DNA from: a virus | Lineage: Duplodnaviria; Caudoviricetes | Strand: one strand, 5' to 3' | IMG/VR virus record: IMGVR_UViG_3300043184_000018 | Span: 1-39,851 of that record | Length of the DNA stretch: 39,851 bases | Part shown: positions 15,943 through 24,181 of the stretch, in pieces | How positions within the stretch are numbered: the first letter of the stretch is position 1 | Layout of the letters: the number at the start of each line of letters is the position of its first letter | Program-made: the position numbers and the translations under genes | The notes under the pieces: generated by a model | Database searches by the model: none | Seen by the model: only the letters and a program-made list of their open reading frames with translations | Told to the model about the DNA's origin: nothing

Positions 15943-16052
15943 TTCTTCTTGGCCTTCTTGGCCTTCTTCATGAACGGCGGCATCATTTTCATGTCACCCT
16001 TCATGTCGCCCTTGTCGCACGAGCCCTTCTTGCCCTTACCGTACTTTTTCAC
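15939..16052 (-). CDS. 37 aa Lys-rich microprotein MKKYGKGKKGSCDKGDMKGDMKMMPPFMKKAKKAKKK
   Basis: GAGG upstream, GTG start, GTGA overlap with the next gene; exactly fills the gap. Confidence 0.65.
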   Translation of the reverse strand: MKKYGKGKKGSCDKGDMKGDMKMMPPFMKKAKKAKKK

Positions 16053-16056
16053 AACC

Positions 16057-16392
16057 TCATTTTACATCAGATGTGCGCGGGCGGTCATCCGGCGGCAGGT
16101 AGCGCGACTCCTCGATGACATTTATCGCCTCCGTCAACGCGGCGGTGGCAAGAGTTGGGTTTGCGCCCCATGATACGTGCGCGACGGGGCTTCCGGGTGA
16201 CACGCACGTTGCAACAAAGACAATGCCGTGAGCTATCGTTCGTTCCTGCAAGATGGCGAGATAGGACATGAGCAGGTCAAGCTGCTTGTTTGGGTCTGGT
16301 TCAATCTCCCACGCAAATTGAGCAATGATGTCGTCAAGCTCAGGGCAACGCTCTGATGTAACTTGGTCTGATGGGGCACTTCGTTCGTTCAT
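16057..16392 (-). CDS. hypothetical protein
   Basis: 111 aa, ATGA-coupled to the large upstream gene. Confidence 0.7.
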   Translation of the reverse strand: MNERSAPSDQVTSERCPELDDIIAQFAWEIEPDPNKQLDLLMSYLAILQERTIAHGIVFVATCVSPGSPVAHVSWGANPTLATAALTEAINVIEESRYLPPDDRPRTSDVK

Positions 16393-19300
16393 AGCTTCGG
16401 TAACTTTACCTCAGGCCCGAACGTCAACCCGTCCAAAACATCCTTTGCGGGCTTAGGTTTCTTCTTCGGGGTCATCGGTTTGTCGCCCGGCACGTTGTAC
16501 TGGTACCGGATGTTCTGCGCCGCCTTCACAAGATCGAACGGGTATTCACGCATCTTGGCTTGCCCGATCCGCTGGGTATCCGTACGCCCCGCCTTCTTGT
16601 CCGCCTCACGCTCTTTCGGTGGCTTGTAGTCCTTGATGTCGGCGCGGATTCCCACAAACGAGAATGCGCCCACGAGTAGCGCGGCGACCGCAAGCACCGG
16701 GTTCGTCGGGTTTTTGTCATCAACCGCCCGGTACGCAGACTGCGCAAACAGAGGGAAAGGCTCCTCCATAAGCGTGGACGGCGAGAGCGGGTAGGGCCCA
16801 ACCACGGGCACTCGTGCGCCCGACTGGTCCCCGGGCACGAACCGGTTGACATCGGCCTTATTAACCGTGACCGCTAATGCCTTCTGCGCGGTCGGGCTTA
16901 GCTTGTTGCTCACAAAATCTGCTGGCGGCACATAGTAGCGTTCTGGGTCGCGCGGCTCTTTCTCCTCAAACTTCGAGCGCGTAAACAGCTTTAGCGGCCC
17001 GTACCGTTCCCCTTTGCCGGGCTCACTTATTCGCGGGGGCTCTTGCGTCAACATCTGCGCGTACAGCCGCCAATACGGGGCAAGGTTCAACGTCCAGTCC
17101 ACCGCGAAATACTTCCCCCCCGGAAGCGGGAACCTTGCAAACCCGAAGTCTTTGTCACGGATGTCGGTAACCACGTCGCCGCCCATCATGTTTGCCGCGT
17201 AACCAAGCATAGCGAGTGTAATCGCCGACGCTCCTACGCGCCGCGCGTCATACAACGCCGCCGCTTTCATCGTGCCCTCACCGATCTCTTTGTTCTTCAG
17301 CGTCTTGCGCACCAACGCTTTACTCGTCGCGGTGAGGGGTGCCGACATCTGAACGCTTGCGGAGAAAAACTGCGCCGCGTACATCACGTGGTTCAATGCT
17401 TCAGCCTGCTCCACTTTACCCTTCCCAGAAAGAACGTTCGTCACGTCGGCGAGAAGCTGTAATTCATCCTTGTTCAGGCTCTTCCCGCCCTGAAACCGAA
17501 CCGCTGACGCGTGGAACGACTTGAATGTCTCTAGGCGCGTACGGTTCAAATACGCGTTGAATGACCGCTCAGACCATCGTTTCCACGCGCTAACCCCGGG
17601 GCTGTTCTCGATGAGTTTCGTCATAAACAGCCGGTTGTGCAATGGCCGCTCGCCCTCACCAAGAAGCCCCGTGCGAGAGAACGATACACCCGCACCACGC
17701 GCAAGGTTGTAGATCGGGTCGGATTCCAGTTCAAACTGCACACGGTTAAACCCTGCACTTGTGCGTGAGCGGGCCATATCACGCACACCCTTAGCGACAA
17801 CATCAAACTTAAGTGTACGGATAAGCTCCGCGCCCTGAGCTCCCACCGCTGAGATGTCGCCCATCGCCTGTAACGTGCGTGGGGCGTTCAAGATGTCGAA
17901 CACTTGAACCGTTCCCTTCATAAACGGGTTGAGCGCGTCGTACTGCGCCTCCGCTTCTGCCTGCAACACCTTCTCTTGCAATTTTGCGCGAAGGGAGGAA
18001 AGCTTTAGTCCGGCCTCGAATTCGGCCGTAGTCTGCGCCTTCCGGGGTTTCGGTGTAAGTCTGCCCGCTTCAGCGTCACGCAGTAGCTTCTCTAGTCGTT
18101 CCTCCGCAAGTTTACGGTTAAGGTCATCAATATCCTTGCGTACAGCATCAATCTCAGGGTTAGACGGCTTCGGTTGTTTCACTGTCTCGCGACCCGCCAT
18201 CGCATCCGCGATCTTCTTCTCTACGTCACGCTTGCGGCGCAGTAGCGCGGTCAGCATCCTCGTTTGTTCCTTTACAGGGTCGGTCGCAGGTTTTTCACCC
18301 GCCTTCTTGCTGGTGGGCGGCTTCGAACGCGCGGCCCTCACCGATGATGCGCGGGCCCCCGTCGCCTTCGCCTCCTTCTGCATGGCATCTAGTTGCGATT
18401 CCGCCTCAACCTTGCGCACTTTCGGGGTCTGCTTCTGTTCGCTCTCTAGCACCTTTATGCGGGCCGTAGCTTTCTGAAACGCGCGACGATCTTCCGTCGT
18501 CGGGTTTTGTTTTGCGCGGAGGTCCTCTACCTGCTTCTTGAGCCCCGCAAGTTCCTTGTTTGCGCTTACTGCCACCGGTGACGGCGGAGTGGGTTTACGG
18601 GTTTCCTTTGCTACAAGAATGTCTTGAAGCTCTTTATCGGTCAGCTTCGCAAAAATGTCTGCATCGTCTTTTTGTAGCCGCTTCCGCAGCACTGCTAAGG
18701 TGATGTTCTCAACACCGTCAATCACCATGAGGCGAATGCGCTCACGAATGATCACGCCGTACAGCTTCATCTGCTCGGGGCCCGTGCCGAAATCCAATGC
18801 GCCCGCTTCCTTGCCCTTGACTCCTTTCTTGGGTTGAGCTTTCAGCGCGGCAAGCCTAGCTTTTGCGTCCGCAATCGCCTTGACCGATTTCTCGCGTTTA
18901 ACTGATGCGCGGGACGTGTCGACACTAGAGCGGGTCCCTTTCGCGCGAGCGTCGAGTTCCTCGCGGACGCGCCCCACCACTGCTTCTTCCGCGTCGTCCT
19001 TCGCCTTCACGCGGGCATCCTCTAGTTCTCGCTCAGCGGCTTTCAGTTCCCGTGAAAGGACCCGGAGTTCCGCCTTCTGCTCTGGCGTCAGCTTGTTCCT
19101 TGCCATGATGCCGAAGCGCGAAAGAATTCCGTGATAAGAGAAATCGTCGCCGACGGCCACGCCACGCGAGGCAAGCGCGCGAGCGGTGTTTGTGCCTGCA
19201 ACCGAAAGCGTCTGCACAATGCGCTCTCGCTCTAGGTTTAGGGTCCGGTATGCGTCCGACGCCTCATCCAAACTGTCTAGCGTTTGGTTGATTGAGTGAA

Positions 19301-20999
19301 GCCGGAAATCTAGCGCAATAACATCACGCTCAGTCAGGAGCGCATATTCACTGCGAGCCGCTCGGTCCATGATCTCAGCCGCGCCTTCCTGCGTGTACAT
19401 CTTGCGCGACACAACGTCGTCAATCACGTCACTCCACGCCTGACGCCCGGGCGGGGGAACGTCGAGTTTGAGCATCCGCTGGAAGTACGCCCGGCTACCG
19501 CCCGTCACCGTGGGGTCCGCCTCGATCTTCTTCGCCACCGCCACCTCATCCGGGGTGAGTCCGTCCATGTCGACAGGCGGCATTTTACGTTCCACCGGCA
19601 ATGGTTGAGCGTCCGGCAAACCTGGAAGCTTAGTAGGTGCTACTGCGGCTGGCGTGACCGCCTCGGGGGTGACTGTAACCGGAGTCACGTCGGGCGGCAC
19701 CGCTGGGGCACTCGGGATGGCCGAAGGGGACGCTGCAACTGGCGCGGGTACAGGAATGGCCGCCGGGGCCGCGCCGCCGTATTCAGCCTCGATCTTCTTT
19801 ACGATGCCGGGATTCGGGGTACCACTAGAAAGGGATTGGCGCAACGCTCTCTTGTCGCGCACCATCCCGTCGTATGCCGCGCCAGTCTTCTTGGCTTCCG
19901 CGATCCTTCCATCTAGGTCCTTCAACGCCGCCGTAGTCTTGTTTCGCCAGTGCTTCTGGACATAGCCCGGCATTGAGCCCGTAACGTCGTCGATCTTGCG
20001 AAGCGCGGCGGTGGCGGCGTCCTCTTCCATGCCGGTTGTTTTACGCAAGTCCGCTACCCGCTCGGCGAAGGTCTTGCCTTTTGCCTTGTCCTCTACCGCC
20101 CGCATTGCGGCGCGGGCCCGTAACCCCGCCGTTGCCCCTTTCGCACCAATCGCACCCGCCACCGCAGTGCCCCTCACTCCCGCCTTGACCGCGCCGGTGA
20201 CACCACGCGCGGCGGCACCAGCACCCGCAAGTGCGGATCCGATATTCACCACCGCCATGATCCGCGCTACGGGGTCAGCCTTGGGGTCAAACGCCGCACC
20301 GTAACTTTCGTACAACGCCTGCTCAGGGTCCTCGGCCATTTGCGCCACAGAGTCAAACTGCGACTTCACGAACTCACTAGGCACTACTAGTGAGCCCAAC
20401 CCCGCCTTCTTTGCCTCTTTTGTAATACGGGCCGCCGGGTTAAGTGACGTTGCGATCTCGCCCGCCTTGCGCAACGTTCCGCCTACGCCCTTCGCGCCGA
20501 CCGCTTCTAGCCCCTCGCCCGCCGCGCGCAGGACCTGCCCCTGGGGGTCCACCACAACACCGCGCACAGCGTCTACCATGCGCATAACATCACTCTGCGC
20601 GACGGCTGATCCCGCTGAGCGCAACGCCTTGCCGATCGCGCGTTGGGCGTCAGCAAGCGCGTTCCCCGTACTCGGCGGTTCTTTCGCTTCTTGCTCGATC
20701 TCCGCCCTTAGCTTTGCTATATTCGCCTGCTTCTTCTTCTTGCGCGGGAGGGTTACTTCCCGGTAATAACGCACGTCCTCTTCCACTAGCAACTGCTGGG
20801 CCGCAGGAGGAATCTGGCCGTCAACCAATTCACCCTTGTACCGGTACTTACGGCCTGTAAGTTTGCTCACAATGCGCCGTGGGTCAGGTGGACCCTGCGG
20901 ATTCGCATTCACTGTAGGCTTAGGCTTAGGCTTAGGCTTAGGCACACCCCACTCGTCGCCCGTAAGCTTGCTCGCTGCGGCAAGGTTCGCGCTTAGCAT
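16389..20999 (-). CDS. large internal virion/ejection-type protein
   Basis: 1536 aa, Ala/Lys-rich, helical with Pro-rich linkers; podovirus position after the nozzle; function inferred from synteny. Confidence 0.7.
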   Translation of the reverse strand: MLSANLAAASKLTGDEWGVPKPKPKPKPTVNANPQGPPDPRRIVSKLTGRKYRYKGELVDGQIPPAAQQLLVEEDVRYYREVTLPRKKKKQANIAKLRAEIEQEAKEPPSTGNALADAQRAIGKALRSAGSAVAQSDVMRMVDAVRGVVVDPQGQVLRAAGEGLEAVGAKGVGGTLRKAGEIATSLNPAARITKEAKKAGLGSLVVPSEFVKSQFDSVAQMAEDPEQALYESYGAAFDPKADPVARIMAVVNIGSALAGAGAAARGVTGAVKAGVRGTAVAGAIGAKGATAGLRARAAMRAVEDKAKGKTFAERVADLRKTTGMEEDAATAALRKIDDVTGSMPGYVQKHWRNKTTAALKDLDGRIAEAKKTGAAYDGMVRDKRALRQSLSSGTPNPGIVKKIEAEYGGAAPAAIPVPAPVAASPSAIPSAPAVPPDVTPVTVTPEAVTPAAVAPTKLPGLPDAQPLPVERKMPPVDMDGLTPDEVAVAKKIEADPTVTGGSRAYFQRMLKLDVPPPGRQAWSDVIDDVVSRKMYTQEGAAEIMDRAARSEYALLTERDVIALDFRLHSINQTLDSLDEASDAYRTLNLERERIVQTLSVAGTNTARALASRGVAVGDDFSYHGILSRFGIMARNKLTPEQKAELRVLSRELKAAERELEDARVKAKDDAEEAVVGRVREELDARAKGTRSSVDTSRASVKREKSVKAIADAKARLAALKAQPKKGVKGKEAGALDFGTGPEQMKLYGVIIRERIRLMVIDGVENITLAVLRKRLQKDDADIFAKLTDKELQDILVAKETRKPTPPSPVAVSANKELAGLKKQVEDLRAKQNPTTEDRRAFQKATARIKVLESEQKQTPKVRKVEAESQLDAMQKEAKATGARASSVRAARSKPPTSKKAGEKPATDPVKEQTRMLTALLRRKRDVEKKIADAMAGRETVKQPKPSNPEIDAVRKDIDDLNRKLAEERLEKLLRDAEAGRLTPKPRKAQTTAEFEAGLKLSSLRAKLQEKVLQAEAEAQYDALNPFMKGTVQVFDILNAPRTLQAMGDISAVGAQGAELIRTLKFDVVAKGVRDMARSRTSAGFNRVQFELESDPIYNLARGAGVSFSRTGLLGEGERPLHNRLFMTKLIENSPGVSAWKRWSERSFNAYLNRTRLETFKSFHASAVRFQGGKSLNKDELQLLADVTNVLSGKGKVEQAEALNHVMYAAQFFSASVQMSAPLTATSKALVRKTLKNKEIGEGTMKAAALYDARRVGASAITLAMLGYAANMMGGDVVTDIRDKDFGFARFPLPGGKYFAVDWTLNLAPYWRLYAQMLTQEPPRISEPGKGERYGPLKLFTRSKFEEKEPRDPERYYVPPADFVSNKLSPTAQKALAVTVNKADVNRFVPGDQSGARVPVVGPYPLSPSTLMEEPFPLFAQSAYRAVDDKNPTNPVLAVAALLVGAFSFVGIRADIKDYKPPKEREADKKAGRTDTQRIGQAKMREYPFDLVKAAQNIRYQYNVPGDKPMTPKKKPKPAKDVLDGLTFGPEVKLPKL

Positions 21000-22495
21000 T
21001 AGTTATTGTCCACCCGGAATAAGTCGCTAAAGGACCGCGACGTCTTAGGTGCCCCGCTTTGAGGCTTGCGCTTCGGGGTTGGCCTCTTGGCCGGTGAGGG
21101 TGGCGCGGGAATCCTGAGTGGGGTAATGTTGCGGAAATCAATCTCGCCAACAATGGGGAGTGGCGTGATGGTTCCACTTACCTTTCTGGTTGCCCGCGAC
21201 GCGCCCGCAACAGGGGCCACCTTCATCTGGAAGTTCTTCTCCGCTTGCTTCTTTGCCTCAATAAGGCTATCCCGTGCGGCATACAGCTCACCCAGCATCG
21301 CGCGGGCCTGCTTCACTTCCTCCGTCTTTTCCTCGGGGTCGCTTGCTTTGAGACCCTTGATCTTCGCCTGGAGCATCCGAATCGTGCTCTGCGTCGAACC
21401 AAGCTGACGATTCGCGTCCGTAAGCATCGTGCCGTAAACGCGAGCTTGCTGGGTCTGCACACCCTTACCGACGCCCTCTTGCCTTAACGTCACCTCCGCC
21501 TGTAATCTGTTCGCGGACAATTGGGCGCGGTACACCTCAAGCGCGAACTCCGGCTGAAGCAAACTCGTGCGCCCGGCCAAATTGAGTGCGGACTGGCGCA
21601 ACTGCTCCGCCCGGGCCTTGACCTCTTCCACCCGCCCCGGCGTGAGTGCCGCTAATGCGGCGGACTGCGCCTTGTTGAGCCCGATCTTGGATAGCCCCAA
21701 CTCCTTATTGACGCCCTCCATCCGCTTCGCGAAGTCGGTCTGTTGCGCAAGTGAACGCGTTCGCTCCTCAGTAAGACCCTTATTCGCCATCGCAAGGACC
21801 TCTTGGTAACCCGGGATCCCCAACGCCTGAGCGTTGATCTGTACGTCCGGAAGGATGTCCGCATTCTGCTGGTAAATCTGCTGGACCGCGCTTGCCGCGT
21901 TCATGCGCACCTGCGCGTTTGGATTCGCCATCTGCGGGGCGAAGACGCTCAACTGCCGATTCACTTCACGAATGCGGTTCTGCTGGGAAAGTTGGTCCAT
22001 TCGGTCACGCGCAAGGACATCACGCTCCCGCGCTTGATCGCGGCGCAAGATGTCATCCAAAATATCGCTCGTCTCGCGCTGCAACGTAGCATCCTTTAGG
22101 GAAAGTGCTCTTAACTGCTGTTCACCCGCGCGGGATTGCCCCTCGAACCGGTTTACGCGGGCTTGCGTGTCCGCCGCCGCTTGGTTTTGTTTTGCGCCAA
22201 GGAACCCCGCAAGGGTGGGCGCGATCTCGCGGCCACCCCCGCCGAGCAAAAGCGCAAGCCCTAGCGCGATGGCGTCCGGCGTCCGAAACGCAGGAAGCAC
22301 TTGCTCTGGGGCATCCATCTGCCCCATCCGCCCAAACACAGCCTGCATCTGCTCGTCGTTCTGCGCTTGCCGCATCCGCGCGTCCGTAAGCCGTGGGTCA
22401 GCAAATGGTTCCGCTCCCACCGTCTCGACATCACGTTCGGGTTGAATGCCCTTGAGCGTCGCGAAATCCACCCGTGACAGGTACGGAATCCTCAC
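20999..22495 (-). CDS. coiled-coil internal virion protein
   Basis: 498 aa Q/A/R-rich with a hydrophobic ALGLALLLGGG segment. Confidence 0.65.
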   Translation of the reverse strand: MRIPYLSRVDFATLKGIQPERDVETVGAEPFADPRLTDARMRQAQNDEQMQAVFGRMGQMDAPEQVLPAFRTPDAIALGLALLLGGGGREIAPTLAGFLGAKQNQAAADTQARVNRFEGQSRAGEQQLRALSLKDATLQRETSDILDDILRRDQARERDVLARDRMDQLSQQNRIREVNRQLSVFAPQMANPNAQVRMNAASAVQQIYQQNADILPDVQINAQALGIPGYQEVLAMANKGLTEERTRSLAQQTDFAKRMEGVNKELGLSKIGLNKAQSAALAALTPGRVEEVKARAEQLRQSALNLAGRTSLLQPEFALEVYRAQLSANRLQAEVTLRQEGVGKGVQTQQARVYGTMLTDANRQLGSTQSTIRMLQAKIKGLKASDPEEKTEEVKQARAMLGELYAARDSLIEAKKQAEKNFQMKVAPVAGASRATRKVSGTITPLPIVGEIDFRNITPLRIPAPPSPAKRPTPKRKPQSGAPKTSRSFSDLFRVDNN

Positions 22496-23145
22496 CGAAA
22501 CACCCCGGGGTTACTGGCGAGTCCGCCCGCGACCTGACCAAGCAACGCGCCGATCCCTGGGCCGCGCGATTGTTGCCGGAACTGGCTGTTACTCTCCGTC
22601 TGCGCATTCATTGCAAGTAGTTCCTGTAGGTAAGGGTTCTGACTGATTACGTTCTGAAGCAAGGACACAAGTTGCGCCATATCCTCGTCCCGCCGAGCGG
22701 GGTCGTTGTAATAATTCACCGCGCTTCCCGCTTCCCGCGCCGCGCTGAGCGAATTTGCGCCAAGGTAGCCACCGAGAACCCCTTCACCGAGGCCCTGCGC
22801 CCGGGCTTGGTTTGCACCCTGCATCGCGGCGTTCGCGTACTGGGCGCGGATTCCGCCTGCCGCCCGCTCCCCCTCTTGAGCATAATTGCGGCTCTGAATA
22901 CGGTTCAATAAATCCCGCACGACGCCTTGGTAGTCGTCCTCGAGGCCAAGGTTAAACGAACCCCGATTGGCCGCGCCCATGTACGAACCCACCCCGAGCC
23001 GTTGAAGCGCGGTATTTAGTTCGTTGTTCCCGCGCGGATTGAGTCCCGCGCCACGGAATAGGTTTCCCGTACCAGACAGGGTTGTCGCCGCGAGGGATTG
23101 GTTGTTAAGGCCCCCGGACGTTCGGGCCCATGCGTTCGGTGCCAT
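22492..23145 (-). CDS. putative DNA pilot/ejection protein
   Basis: G/A/N/Q-rich with C-terminal GIGALLGQVAGGLA; ATG 23145 lies 6 nt after TACACT. Confidence 0.65.
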   Translation of the reverse strand: MAPNAWARTSGGLNNQSLAATTLSGTGNLFRGAGLNPRGNNELNTALQRLGVGSYMGAANRGSFNLGLEDDYQGVVRDLLNRIQSRNYAQEGERAAGGIRAQYANAAMQGANQARAQGLGEGVLGGYLGANSLSAAREAGSAVNYYNDPARRDEDMAQLVSLLQNVISQNPYLQELLAMNAQTESNSQFRQQSRGPGIGALLGQVAGGLASNPGVFR

Positions 23146-23163
23146 ACTGAAAGTGTACACCAC

Positions 23164-23721
23164 ATGACCATTAGCGATATCAAGAAAGCGTCCGTACGGT
23201 GGCTGAACTACATGTCACGGATGCGCAAGGAACCCGTCACCGCGCTCCGGATGAACGCAATGGCCTACGTAACCGAGGTGTGTGACTACGCCACCCCGGG
23301 CAAGTTCTTGGAATGGTACGAAGGCAACTTTGGGCAACGACTTAACCGCAGGACATGCGTCGAGCTTTTCGATGAACTGCACCGCCGGTTAAGGGTGCTC
23401 ATCCGCACCCCGCTCGGATACCTGCCCATCTTCCGCGAGGAGGGGGAGCCACGGTTTGTCGCCTACGTAGATAACATCCCCTTCGGGAGTGGCGCATTCT
23501 ATATCGAACCATCCGAAGAACTCGTCGCTGCAATCACTAAGTTCTGCCATGATTCGCACATACCAGTGCGGGTGGCGCAACTCCGCATCAATGGGACGTG
23601 GGCAGGTGATGTACCGGAATGGGCGTTCGGCTACCATGATGTCAGCCCGCATAACCCACCGCGTACACTTCAAGAACCGCCCAATCGTCCGATGTCAGAT
23701 ATTGGAATCGACCGCCTGTAG
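23164..23721 (+). CDS. hypothetical protein, antisense to the late operon
   Basis: 185 aa ATG ORF filling the gap between - strand genes; globular composition. Confidence 0.65.
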   Translation: MTISDIKKASVRWLNYMSRMRKEPVTALRMNAMAYVTEVCDYATPGKFLEWYEGNFGQRLNRRTCVELFDELHRRLRVLIRTPLGYLPIFREEGEPRFVAYVDNIPFGSGAFYIEPSEELVAAITKFCHDSHIPVRVAQLRINGTWAGDVPEWAFGYHDVSPHNPPRTLQEPPNRPMSDIGIDRL

Positions 23722-24181
23722 TTGGCACCCACGCCATTGTTCCGCTCTGGTCACCCGCGGCGGACGATGCCCTTTGTGACTTCGCGGTAACCTCCATCCC
23801 CCCATCAAACGCCCGCACCTTAAACTCCGCGAGCGGCTGAGACGCATCCGCCGCCGTGCCGCCGAAAATCTCCAGCAAGACCGCGCTGGCACCAGCGGGA
23901 ACACCATCTAACGCCACTGAAACCCACCCCGTCATCGCCGCGCTTGTCGTCACGGTCACTTTGCCCGGGAAGAACGTCACAATCGGGCCGGTTGGGGTCG
24001 CCGCTAGTGCTGGTCGGGACTGAGTGATGTTCCCTTGCGGCGCGGACCGCGCCAGTGAACTGACCGCCGACTTTACGTTCGCAATGCTTTCCTCGATGCG
24101 ACGAGACTTCTCGCGAATCTCCTCAATTGTTGCCCTGATCTCATCCACTTCTTGCGCCACTTTGACCTCCCTCAATATCAA
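23642..24181 (-). CDS. putative tail needle/short fibre protein
   Basis: N-terminal coiled coil plus beta-rich C-terminus, directly after the nozzle gene. Confidence 0.6.
   Translation of the reverse strand: MILREVKVAQEVDEIRATIEEIREKSRRIEESIANVKSAVSSLARSAPQGNITQSRPALAATPTGPIVTFFPGKVTVTTSAAMTGWVSVALDGVPAGASAVLLEIFGGTAADASQPLAEFKVRAFDGGMEVTAKSQRASSAAGDQSGTMAWVPTTGGRFQYLTSDDWAVLEVYAVGYAG

Noticed and set aside
20915-20943. (TTAGGC)n telomere-like repeat
   Set aside because: Short, and simply encodes PKPKPKPKP in the large virion protein on the - strand.
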